In this document: positions 49,114 to 60,300 of the stretch, piece after piece
How positions within the stretch are numbered: the stretch's first letter is position 1
How the letters are laid out: the number at the start of each line of letters is the position of its first letter
Source: Massalongia carnosa
Taxonomy: Eukaryota
Direction of reading: 5' to 3'
Length of the DNA stretch: 64,000 nt
Assembly: GCA_965645245.1 (NCBI GenBank)
Contig: OZ287084.1
Coordinates: forward strand, 806,001 to 870,000
Position numbers and translations under genes: made by a program
The notes under the pieces: generated by a model
Database searches by the model: none
What the model saw: only the letters and a program-made list of their open reading frames with translations
What the model was told of the DNA's origin: nothing

Positions 49114-51406
49114 TCAATAAATCGGCCGTCCCTCATCCCATTTTCGAAGCTCGGCCAGGTCCCTTCTTTCCCCGCCAGCACCGCTACCGCCGCCGCTGCT
49201 ATTATCCACTGCCGCCGCCACTCTCATACCACTATCATTACCATCATTATATGTTCCCCTCCCACTGATCCTCCTCCCATCTCCAGATGACCAAGCATCC
49301 TCGCCCAAGCCCGAAACGCTCCCAATCCACTCCCAGACACGACTGACATCCCCTGCCCTACCCTCCCGAACGCTCGCGCGGACATTAGCGTTCATCTCCA
49401 CAACATCCCTAACCAGCTTCCAAATCCCTTCTCTCCTTTTCGCGCTGAACTCATCCCGCAGCACATCATCCCGCAGCTGCCCTACACTAATCCACCCCTC
49501 AACCGCCGCCCCCTTTGCATACAGGGCCGCCTGTGTCGCCAGCCGATCCAGCGTTGTAGTCACAAGGACGGGAACGCGGGCGGTAGCGGCACGGCGCGTG
49601 CGAATCTCGAGCCGGGCGTAGGAGAGGAGGCCGAGGAGAAGGGCTAGAGAGCTAAGCTGGATTCGATTGCGCGCCAGCGCGAGGCGGATGGATCGTCGGA
49701 TGGCGCATGCCAGAGGGAGACGGGCGAGGGAGGTGGAAGCAAGGAGGATGTGGTGGGGGTGTCTATGGGAATGTGGAGGGATCTGATTAGTGGTGGAGCG
49801 TCAGAATTTTGGTTGGGTTTCTGAATCTTTACGATGGCAGGGGGGTGAAGGAACGTGTTGAACGAGGGAGTAGGGGAAGCAAGGGTTATTACCCTTCAGA
49901 GGAGTGAACAATTTCCTCTCGGCCTGTGAGTTCGCCCAGCGCGGAGTTCCAAAGGTCTTCGAACTCGGCGTCTCCCATGCCCCGTCTTCGCTTCTTACCC
50001 ACCTCTTCCTTCAAAGTGCGTTCGTCGATCTCGACCGCCGGGAGACTTTTCCCGTTGTCGTCGACGAGTGTCCCGCATTCCCATCGGGCTTTTCGCTCCC
50101 GCAGCTCTTCGACAGCGCGGTCCGCCACCGCCTTGACTCTGCGCACCTTTTCCCCATCCGGCTCACAGGTTGGGGGTAGTGGTACTAATCCCCCCATGGA
50201 AAATGGATGTGGTTGCAGCACGAAGTCATGGTCACATTTCGTTTGCAACCGTTCGTAACAGATTGCATGTTGTGGACATGGTTCGCATGCCGGCTGCAGG
50301 CTGCTGGTCCACTCGGGTACCTGAAAGTTCGCCAGTAAACTTGTCGGCCTACCGATACCACAATATCCAACTTCAAGCTTTTCTCGGCGCCACCACATGG
50401 CGTAGCCCGACAGCAAGGTCATCAAGACAACCCAAGGAGCAGATTTAGGTGTTGAACTGGGTCGCTTAACAGTTTTCTTCCTCCGGGGGGGGAGCACGTC
50501 TCTGTCGCCATTTGCTGCACGCTGTCTGACCAACTCCAGTTGCTCCTCTTCTGTAAACTCTTCTCCAACCTCTACCCCGTCATCCTGCCCATCTTTGATA
50601 TCTTTGATGCTAGACTTTCGTACCCTTCTGACAGGCACTTCAAATGTCTTTGCAGAAGGGACCCCCACCCCGTCTTCTTGATGGATTCTGGATGGCTCGG
50701 CGCTGCCACCACCCTCAGTCTTTCGTCGCCTTGAAGAGCTCTTCCGCCGTTCACTATTTGGACCTCCACTTCTCCGTCTGCTATCACCTAGCGATAGAGG
50801 CGAGCTGCCGCTCTGAAACGGATTGTCGTAGCTGAATGCACTTTCACGCAAAGCAGGTCGTGTCGGAACGTCCTCGGACTCCTCGAAATTGACGGTTGGC
50901 GTTCCCTCGCTCTTGCGGGTTTTACGTACTGACGGGCGTTTAGGTTCCAGTTCCAGTTCTGTTTCCGTATCTGACGGCCTCGGGTGCTTCCCTGAAGTTC
51001 TCCTGGTACTTTTCAATCTCCCGCTTACTGGAGATTGAGCCAAAGTACTCTCAGTCATAACTGCCTCACTCTTCCTTGCCCTTCGTCTGGTAGAGTCTGG
51101 TATAGATGGAGGTGGCATCGTTGTTGTGTTATCCCCCTCATCACTGTCCACAGTTCCTTCCTGACTGCTCGGCATGTCTGTGATTCCTCTGCTGGTACGT
51201 TTCGTCCTAGAGCGAGCAGCAAGAATCCGGCGGGAGCGTGGGATCAGCTCTTGCGTGAAAATATCAATCAGCTGTGGTTTTTTGGCGGAAGCGGGATAGG
51301 AAATGTCGTGTGACACTAGAATGGCTCGAAGCCTTGGGATCGTCAATACTGATGGATCGAAGGAAGGCGATAGATACTCCATCTCCGTGTCGGAAGCTGA
51401 AGCCAT
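49114..51406 (-). CDS. SRC1: Inner nuclear membrane LEM/HeH protein, Src1/Heh1/Man1 family
   Basis: N-terminal HeH (FDPS.LTIPRLRAIL..H.I.YPASAKK.QL), FSYDNPFQSGSSP, TM then CEPCPQHA.C, PPTCEPD; intron 49763-49892; second TM and LRDDVLR...VVEMNANVRA...VWEWIG. Confidence 0.9.
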
Positions 51407-51945
51407 AACCGGGTATTAGAGTCCCGTGCTTTGCTCGCATTCGTTGTTTCTAGGGCTAATTGATGGCGGCGATGAGACTGACGAAAGAGTGAAACCACGA
51501 GAAGCTTGGTTTATTTGTTTTGATTCGAACTTGACCTTGATCAGGCGGCCGAGTTGACCAACAGAGAAGATTCGGAATGAAGTTGGAGGGTGTGAACGTT
51601 TATATATTTTTTCTTCTTTCTTTGTTTGGGTGCTTCGGCCCGCCTTGTAAGGCTGTAAAGGCCATTGGAAGCGACGCTTCCTATAGACGACGGATGGACT
51701 AATACAAAGCCTGATTTGCACGGCATGACGTAGAAAGCGAATTGTCAATGTGAATTGAGTTACTTTAAAAAAAATTGAGGTTATTGGTATTACAGAGATT
51801 ACATTAATCCTCAACGGCCTTCTCCTTAACGCTTCGTAACCTGGACTAATTTCATGCATACTGAACTATTCTGTTACAGCTCATCGAGAGAAGCACAGAC
51901 TAAAACAAAACCCAGTCCAAGTCCTTGAAATCACTAACAAACTGA

Positions 51946-52668
51946 CTATCGAATGAACCCGTCCCCTCCCTTGCCAGGAGGAGGGCCCTGGGGAGGATTG
52001 TAGACACTCTCCCCCCCGCGTTGTGGTTGGTATGCCCCTTGTGGCTGTTGGAGTTCAACTCCGCTTTGCTGGCCACCAAAATAACCATGGTTGCCATCGC
52101 CGTTGCCGTAGTATGTTTGATTGGGGGGAGCGGCATAGACCGGAGGTGCTGGATTTGGAGGCTGCTGAGGATTGTTATATTGACTGCTACCATAAGGTGG
52201 CTGCGCGCCAGCGTATTGCGCTGGGCCATGGCCTGCAGGAGCCCTTCCACCCGCCCAACCAGTACCACGATACGGGGCGAATCCTGCAGCCCGGCGTCGA
52301 CGCGCGGTAATGCATCTTGGATGAGAGTTAGAAGGAAAGTTCTCGAATATCACAAACTCGGGATTAACATACGCGAAGACAAAGAAGATGAAAGTTCCAG
52401 CAATGATCACGCCAGCTACCACAATCCATCGACCATACGCGTCCCAGTTCGATCGGTAACATTCGTCGCCCCGCAAGACCCAGCCATCAGGGCAATAGCT
52501 GTTAGAGGAAAGGAAGAGAATGCTGTTAGCGATGATCTATGGATTATCACAGGCATCGAATTCTCAAGCGTCGCCGCTGGTCGACCGTGCAGCTATTGGA
52601 ATAGCAAGAGGGAGAGGTCACAAACAGCGTGGGACTCACTAGTCTTGTCTTGGTAGAAGCAAAGGCAT
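51946..52668 (-). CDS. RCR-family (resistance to Congo red / chitin synthesis regulation) single-pass membrane protein
   Basis: Exons 52668-52640, 52498-52373, 52315-51946: MPLLLPRQDYYCPDGW...SNWDAYGRWIV-TM-CITARRRR..G.APYRGTGW; Pro/Gln/Tyr-rich tail with PPVY. Confidence 0.8.
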
Positions 52669-52897
52669 TGTATCGAGTCTCTGTATGGATCACTCAAGCA
52701 CGGATGGAGGTGGACCAAGTTGTTGAAGGAAATGAGGTTGATGGTAAGTATGTTGGAGTACGAAGTAAAGAGTAATTTAGAGCAGAAAATCAGACCTGAG
52801 CCTTCTCGGCCACGGAAGAGGGCAGTGCTAAGCTAGTCTTCTTGGTATTGACAACGACGAATAAACGGGCACGTGCAAGGGTATATTCGGCTAGCTA

Positions 52898-53130
52898 GCG
52901 TGACAAAATTAAATTTACACCGAAACTTTTTCCTCACCAAAATCACCGGATTTTCTGTCATAAACCGTAGCGTTTTTTTAGTTAATTTCATGGTTTTTTT
53001 AACTTCAATAATTAAATCAATAATCTGCCATTCTGCCTTCATCATCAATCACTGCTTGCAAACTTTTAGACATTAAATCACAATGATTTTGGTGGGGGGG
53101 AAATTTTGGTGTAAATTTAATTGTACACGG
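52898..53130. mobile_element. Degenerate AT-rich MITE-like element (about 233 bp)
   Basis: Imperfect inverted ends of about 48 bp: GCGTGACAAAATTAAATTTACACCGAAACTTTTTCCTCACCAAAATCA and TGATTTTGGTGGGGGGGAAATTTTGGTGTAAATTTAATTGTACACGG. TA on the left flank only. Confidence 0.65.
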
Positions 53131-53213
53131 AAAAACTTTATTCCTCGGGAATGGTTTCATTCTGCTAAGGGAAAGGGATATTAGGCTGACAATTCCATAA
53201 ATTACTCATACAA

Positions 53214-53236
53214 TACGGAGTACTCCGTACTCCGTA
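53214..53236. repeat. TA-CGGAG-TA-CTCCG-TA-CTCCG-TA cluster (candidate stacked transposon footprints)
   Basis: Read directly; lies about 57 bp from the Tc1 end TA|CGGAG at 53292. Confidence 0.6.
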
Positions 53237-53293
53237 TTATGTAGTACTCTGAGTAAGCGAAAACGCCTATGGTGGAGTACAAGGGTACGAATA

Positions 53294-54806
53294 CGGAGGA
53301 TGACACAGGAAGTTCTGGCTAGCGTATTTTAGCTTGCATTAGCTTCCGCCACTAGACAAGGGGGTGGTAAAATTTTTAAAAAAAGGAGGTTCTCCGGGCA
53401 TCAAGAGATGAAATGCTTTAATATTTTGTAATTTATAGTTGATTTTAGTTGGTATTTTGTAGCTATCATCATCATGACTCGTCCTCAAGATAACACACTG
53501 ACTCTCGCTCAAAGACTTCAGGACTTGACTCTCGTAGAGCATGGAGTATTAGCCAAAAGAGTAGAGGAAATCACTGAAGTCTCGACGAGATCTATCAGTC
53601 ATATCAAGAAGAAAGCAAGAAGCAGAGGATATGATCCCGAGATCTCACGAGTCTTGAAGATGGAATATGTAGAAGATGCACCTCGTTCAGGCCAACCTTC
53701 TAAAGTAACACCTGCATTGGAGGAGGCTATATTGACTGATGTACGCAAAGATCGAAACGGAAGGGAGAAGTCTTCAGCTATGCTGGCTTTTGATCATGTG
53801 CTGAGTTCTTCCACTATTTTGAAGATTCTTAAAAAGAATGGATTTCGAGCCTGTAAATCAACGAAAAAGCCTGGCCTTACTTCGATCATGAAGGAGGCAC
53901 GTCTGAAATTTTGCATTGATCATCAGCATTGGACTCTTGAAGACTGGAAGAACGTCATCTGGAGTGATGAGACGAGCGTGATGCTGAATGCAGTTAGAGG
54001 AAAAAGACTGCAATGGAGAACCTCGAAAGAAATGAATGATAAAACATGCATTCGTCGTCGATGGAAAGGACGCTCAGAGTTCATGTTTTGGGGGTGTTTC
54101 TCGGACGATAAAAAAGTTCCTTTTCATATCTGGAAGACTGAGTCTGCAAAAGAAAAGAAGACAACTGAGGAAAAGCTGAAGCTTATCAATAAGAGGTTGG
54201 AATCAGAGGCGAAGCTCAATTGGGAGTTAGAAAATGGAATGAGACGAATGAGACTAAGAAATTCAGGAGGACGACAGCCTCGATGGATATGGGATCAAAA
54301 ACATGGAAAGATCGTGCGAGATAATAAAAAGGGAGAAATTGACTGGTATCGCTATCAAAAGAATATTTTGATAGACAAACTTCTTCTATTCGCTACCGAA
54401 TGCATGAAAGATCGTTCAAATATGGTGGTTCAAGAAGATAAGGCCCCCTGTCATACCTCCAAACATCAGGATGTGGTGTTTATGGACTTTCGAGTGCTTC
54501 GCTTTTTGTGGCCTAGCAACTCACCTGATCTCAACATGATTGAACCGGAACGAGTACAGAGAAGGAAGAACAGGAGGAATGGTACGACCTTACGATGCTG
54601 AGGAGCGGCGCAGTCAATATCTGCGTTTAAAGAGAGGTCCTACTGAAGATGAGGAGGAGTGGGCCAATGTAGACTGATGAGGAGGTGGATAAGAAGGTAA
54701 AAAAGGAGTAAATAAAGGAGTTTATCTTCGTAGGGCTGAGCCCCTTGTAGGTGGCTTATTTAGCGTGCATATTAGCGTCGGCCAGAACTTCCTGTGTCAT
54801 CCTCCG
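53294..54806 (+). mobile_element. Tc1-like (DD34E) DNA transposon, subfamily A, complete ends, internally deleted
   Basis: Perfect 26-bp TIRs CGGAGGATGACACAGGAAGTTCTGGC / GCCAGAACTTCCTGTGTCATCCTCCG; TA duplication at 53292-53293 and 54807-54808; 1513 bp. Confidence 0.96.
53474..54601 (+). pseudogene. Tc1-family transposase, open to the catalytic E but C-terminus removed by a frameshifting deletion
   Basis: WSDET, QEDKAPCH, SPDLNMIEP, then a jump near 54547 to sequence encoding NEYREGR..VRPY in another frame. About 170 bp missing relative to the element at 475-2174. Confidence 0.85.
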
Positions 54807-55593
54807 TACCATCAAACCTAACTTAGAGTAGGGATGATCCCAAAGATTCTCGGAGAAACCATTATCCTCTGTGGAGATTCACAACTCTCACTCTCCAGTG
54901 TTCGGATGAGTGCTGGAATGAAAAGGCTTGTGCTGTTCGTGCTTTCTAGACGGACGTTGTCGTTTGCGGTCGGGCATCTTGATGAAAGGAGAAAAGAAAC
55001 CTCAATCTGGTTTAGCGATGGTACTCTGTATTTCGTATTTCGTTCAGCTCCCGCGGTTATGCACGATGCGCTGTCCCAGCAGGGATCTACATATTCGTGT
55101 TGATGTACTGAGTATCGCCCGTTTCAATTCCATTTTGCCTTCCTTCCGTTATTCACCTTCCGGTTGCCATCGTGCTGCAGGACATCTTCTTGACCGTAAA
55201 AGCGATGATTTACATGACCAGTTTCTGCAAAAGAGCGCACGACAACGAAGGGGGACTTGATCGTCCCCGTTGTCACGCATATATAATATTTCATGATAGC
55301 CCAAACCGTCCATTAAAGCAGGAAATTGCGACATCGGAGCCCCATTGCAAGCCAGAAAGATTTACTTCAAAAACATAGCTTGATTGCCAGACTCGTAACG
55401 AGCCTCAAAACGAAACCCACATTTCCAAGCGCCAAAACCCGAAATGCGCTGAGCAGTGAAATTTATCTTGCCATTGCTAGCATGCGTCTTTCCATTGCTT
55501 CGTCGACTTCGTGAGCGGTAGCGTCAGCGTCATACTAAACCGTCGTGGATACTCATGCACATTATTGATTCGGGTAAGTGCTCGTCGCCCGGC

Positions 55594-56515
55594 TTACTTG
55601 CTAGATCGTTTGATGAGCCATTGCAGAACGGCGTCAAGGTTGGTTTCCTCCTTGGCGCTAATTCCATAACAGCTGACTTCGCGGTGCGATACAGTTTTGA
55701 GATTTAGTGCTTCGATCAGCTCGTCGACCGAGAGCTTCTCTGGCAAATCGGATTTGTTGCCAAGCACAAGAAGGGGAATGCCATCTAGGACTGGCTTTTC
55801 GAGGAGCGCATGAAGCTCATCTCTCGCCACCGGGAGGGCTTGTTTGTCCGCTGCGTCTACAATGTACCTTCAGGCCCATCAGCCACACACCACCGAAGAA
55901 AGGCTTGCAGGGCGTACACAATTGCATTGACACCACGGCAATACCTTTCCCACATAGACCGAAACCTCGGTTGACCGCCAAGATCCCAGCTAGGCAAGAA
56001 TTAATCCAGAGAACCTCATTGCGACGTATGAATGAATACGCCATACCATTTCAGAGTAACGTGGCCTCGCTGGACCCGCTTCATGTTAAATCCGACGGTT
56101 GGGATAGAGCTACAACGGAAGCGAGAGGTTAATCGGATACTTGGGATCAGCGATGCTCAAAGGAAGTTGTACTCACTCTATAGTGAACTCTCCACCCTAG
56201 AATCGAGGATCAGTGACCGTTGGATGTTTGTCATGAGACAGCTTACCGCAAGAACTCGCAAGAGCGAGGTTTTTCCGGCATTTTGCAACCCGATCATGGT
56301 TATGTCCATTTCCGTTGCCCTATACAACAAGCAAAACGATTAACATTATGTCACGACACGATTGCGATCTATTCAGTTTTCGACGGCAGACGAAAGTCTA
56401 CTCGTTGAGACCTTGACATGCTGCTATGTGGGTATCAAGCCATTCAGTGGTAGGCGCGCACGTACCAGAATAATCGCAAAAGCCAGTCATAGATGGTCTT
56501 AAAGAAGCCTGCCAT
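55594..56515 (-). CDS. ARL8: Arf-like small GTPase 8
   Basis: Six exons splice to [91 protein letters not shown]...LVLGNKSDL...[12 protein letters not shown]. Confidence 0.95.
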
Positions 56516-57308
56516 TGCTCGTCCTACCGTATTTGCAGAGGTTGAAAGCGGACGGGGTCAGCTTCTCTCTCTCTCTCGCTCTGCTCTCAGGGCCAGTCGT
56601 TGCAGATTCTTGGGGTTGGCAGAACCTTGGTCAGATTGTTTCGCGGGGCGGAAAAAGCAAACGGGAGGCGGCGACCTTTCCAGAACAGGGCAAGTCCCTT
56701 TGCTGAATGTGGGTTCGGGAATTATGTCGTCTTTTTCATTTGGCTTTGTCCTGTAATCGCTGACTAATGATAACAAAACGGAGTCGTGATGCATTCACCT
56801 GATGCTCAAACACTAGAATCGATGTGATGTACTTTGTATAATGCGTCTTATCCAAGCGCCAGCTCGAGCATTGTGAAAAGTAATTAGATCAACGGTTTAC
56901 TTTAAACTGTGCAGTGGTGGGCATGTGTGCAGATGGCCGATGCGGGAAAATCCACTTTAGCGAAGGGTTTTGGGTGGGGAGAAGGGGAGCATAAGCACCT
57001 TAGATACATGCACCTCCGGCACTCGCAAAGTGGCGAGGAAGAGGTACGAAGGCATTCTTTACCTCTTTAGTATAGAAGAATAACATAGAGGTACTGAACA
57101 AGCAACGCAAAGGAAAGAAAGCAAAAGAAAAAGAACCGGTAAACACTGCTCTGCAACTGATTTTCACCAGTCCCAGTATCTTCACTTCTGTATCAAACAG
57201 TTTGAAGATACAACTTTTTCCAACAGGATGGCATCACTAATGGCTTCATTTATTCCAATAACGAAGACAATGGCGAGGGGTCACTATCGATAAAAAGCCA
57301 CTATATCC

Positions 57309-60300
57309 ATGGATCCCTCAACCAAGACTTCTACTGAGACCCAGTGGACTGCCGAGTTTGATACCCTGCGTCGAGAAAATTTATTTCAAAATCCTCCAAA
57401 AGACCATACGCCTTACCCTGCCCTGGTCGAAGCGCTAAAACCCCATCTAGATTCGTTCAATGCCCTGCTGGACGGCAATAAGCTTCTACCAGCGGCGCTA
57501 CGTGACATTGGAACGAAAATCTTCCACGATAGGGCCCGCGAACATATAGGGCGGGACCAATCGTCGGAAATAGCAGATGGACAGCGGAAAAGAAATCGGT
57601 TCTATGTGCGAATACACGAGGTATTTCTCGAAAAGTCGGCTCTCCCCTTGACCAACAAGTTTAGCACAAGAAATCGAGAGATATATCCAGCTGAATGTCG
57701 GGAAAGACACGCAACCTACAGGGGGAAGCTCAGGGCGCGGGTGGAATACAGGCTCAACGAAGAACAATGGCAAGAAACAGTCAGGGACCTAGGCCAACTT
57801 CCTATCATGTTGAGGTCGAATCGGTGTCATCTGGAGAGGTGTACCCCAGCCCAATTGGTGGAACACAAAGAAGAATCAGAGGAGCTTGGAGGATATTTTA
57901 TCGTAAATGGAATCGAGAAGTTGATTCGAATGCTTATCGTCTCACGACGAAACTTTCCGTTGGCCATTGTGCGGGGATCGTTTCTGAAAAGAGGAGCAGC
58001 CTACACTGAATTTGCCATGCAGATTCGCTCGGTTCGTCCAGACCAAACATCACAGACAAATGTTCTTCACTATCTCACTGATGGCAACGTTACTTTTCGG
58101 TTCTCATGGCGGAAGAATGAATATCTGGTGCCGGTGATGATGATACTTAAGGCGCTAGTGGAAACAAATGACCGAGAAATATTCGAAGGGCTTGTTGGTA
58201 CCTCTGGACCCAAGGCTACGCATGATACTTTTGTATCAGATCGGGTTGAGCTACTGTTAAGAACTTATAAGTCATACAATTTGCACGGAAAAGCCAACAC
58301 ACAAGCATATCTTGGGGCAAAATTCAAGCCTGTTCTCGGAGTGCCCGATGATATATCTAACCATCAAGCTGGATCTGAGTTTCTGCGCAAAGTTGTGCTG
58401 GTACATCTGGGTAATGTTCAGGTGACCGAGTCTCAAAATCATGACAAATTCAAGATGCTCCTTTTCATGATACGCAAACTCTACTCCCTAGTTGCAGGCG
58501 ATTGTGCGGTTGACAACCCGGATGCGATATCGTGCCAAGAAATTTTACTGCCAGGATTTCTCTATGCCATGATCATCAAAGAAAAACTGGATGACTGGCT
58601 AAGATCTATCCAAGGAGCCGCTCAAGAGTGGTCCGCACGTAACAACAACGCTGAGTTTACGGATCCAGCCTTTCTGAAGGACTTTCCAACCAAAATACTT
58701 AAGAGGACCAATGAGAATATTGGCGGGTTGCTTGAGTATTTCCTTTCTACCGGCAATTTGGTTAGTCCAACTGGGTTGGACTTGCAGCAGACATCAGGAT
58801 TCACGGTAGTTGCAGAAAAGATAAATTTTTACAGATTCATTAGCCATTTCCGCATGGTGCATCGAGGAAGCTTTTTTGCTCAGCTTAAAACCACAACAGT
58901 GCGCAAACTGTTACCTGAGAGTTGGGGTTTTCTCTGTCCAGTTCATACACCTGATGGAATCCCCTGTGGTTTACTCAACCATCTGGCGCACAAGTGTCGT
59001 ATAATTACCCGTGATCTTGATGTTATTGCAATACCCAAGCTACTTGCTCAAATGGGCGTTTCTGATTTCTCTTCTGCATCTCTTGACGAGAGTGTTGTCG
59101 TGCAGCTTGATGGCCGCATTCTAGGGTTCTGCTCTCCAAAACAAGCCCAAGTGATCGGTGATACATTGCGCTATTGGAAAGTGGAGGGAAGCCACGAAGT
59201 TCCGCTCGAACTTGAAATTGGCTACATACCTAATTCAAATGGTGGTCAGTATCCAGGAATCTACATGTCTTCCCAAGGTGCACGCATGATCCGCCCCACC
59301 AAATACCTACCGCTTGATACTCAAGACCTCGTTGGCCCCTTTGAACAACCCTTCATGTCGATTGCTTGTACTGAGAAAGAGATTGAATCAGGAGAATCAA
59401 CCCATGTGGAATATGATCCGACCAATATTCTATCCATTCTTGCCAATCAGACCCCTTTCTCGGACTTCAACCAATCCCCAAGAAATATGTATCAGTGCCA
59501 AATGAGCAAGCAAGCAATGGGCACTCCAGGGACTTCCACACGCTACCGTACGGATAATAAATCATATCGCCTGCAGACGGGCCAGACCCCGATCGTTCGT
59601 CCCCCGCTTTATAATGAGTACGGTCTGGATAATTTTCCTAATGGCATGAACGCGGTTGTAGCGGTCATATCTTATACTGGATATGACATGGACGATGCTA
59701 TGATTCTCAACAAATCTGCTCATGAGAGGGGATTTGGTCATGGCACTATATACAAAACCAAAATCATTCGCCTTGATGAGCAAGCAACCAAGGGCCGGTC
59801 CGCTCGATCAGTTACGAAGCTTTTTGGATTTGCACCTAATAGCTATATCTCACCTGGAACTCGTTCTCGACTTGATGAGGATGGCCTACCTTATGTAGGA
59901 GCCAAGATCTGTGAAGGTGATGTGCTCGCTGCCTCACATACTGTATCATTTGATTCATCCCAAGATGTTTATATTAATAGCGATGCCCAGAATTTTCTTC
60001 ATAAGTACAAGGATCCGGAGACAGCATATGTGGAAGAAGTCCGTGTATTGGGATCTGAGTCTGGTGCTGATCCCTGTCAAGCAATCAGCATCAAGCTTCG
60101 CGTCCCTCGCTCACCCGTCATTGGCGACAAGTTTTCCTCACGCCATGGCCAAAAGGGTGTTTGCTCACAAAAGTGGCCTACCGTAGACATGCCCTTCTCA
60201 GAGTCTGGCATTGTCCCTGACGTGATCATTAATCCACATGCTTTTCCTTCCCGCATGACCATTGGAATGTTTGTCGAGTCTCTGGCTGGGAAGGCCGGTG

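Noticed and set aside
1..54806. Giant composite transposon or Starship-like element bounded by the two subfamily A copies
   Set aside because: The second copy has its own TA duplication, the interior is single-copy housekeeping genes, and no tyrosine-recombinase gene is visible.
54834..55514. Overlapping short ORFs between the Tc1 element and ARL8
   Set aside because: No consistent frame, splice pattern or motif.
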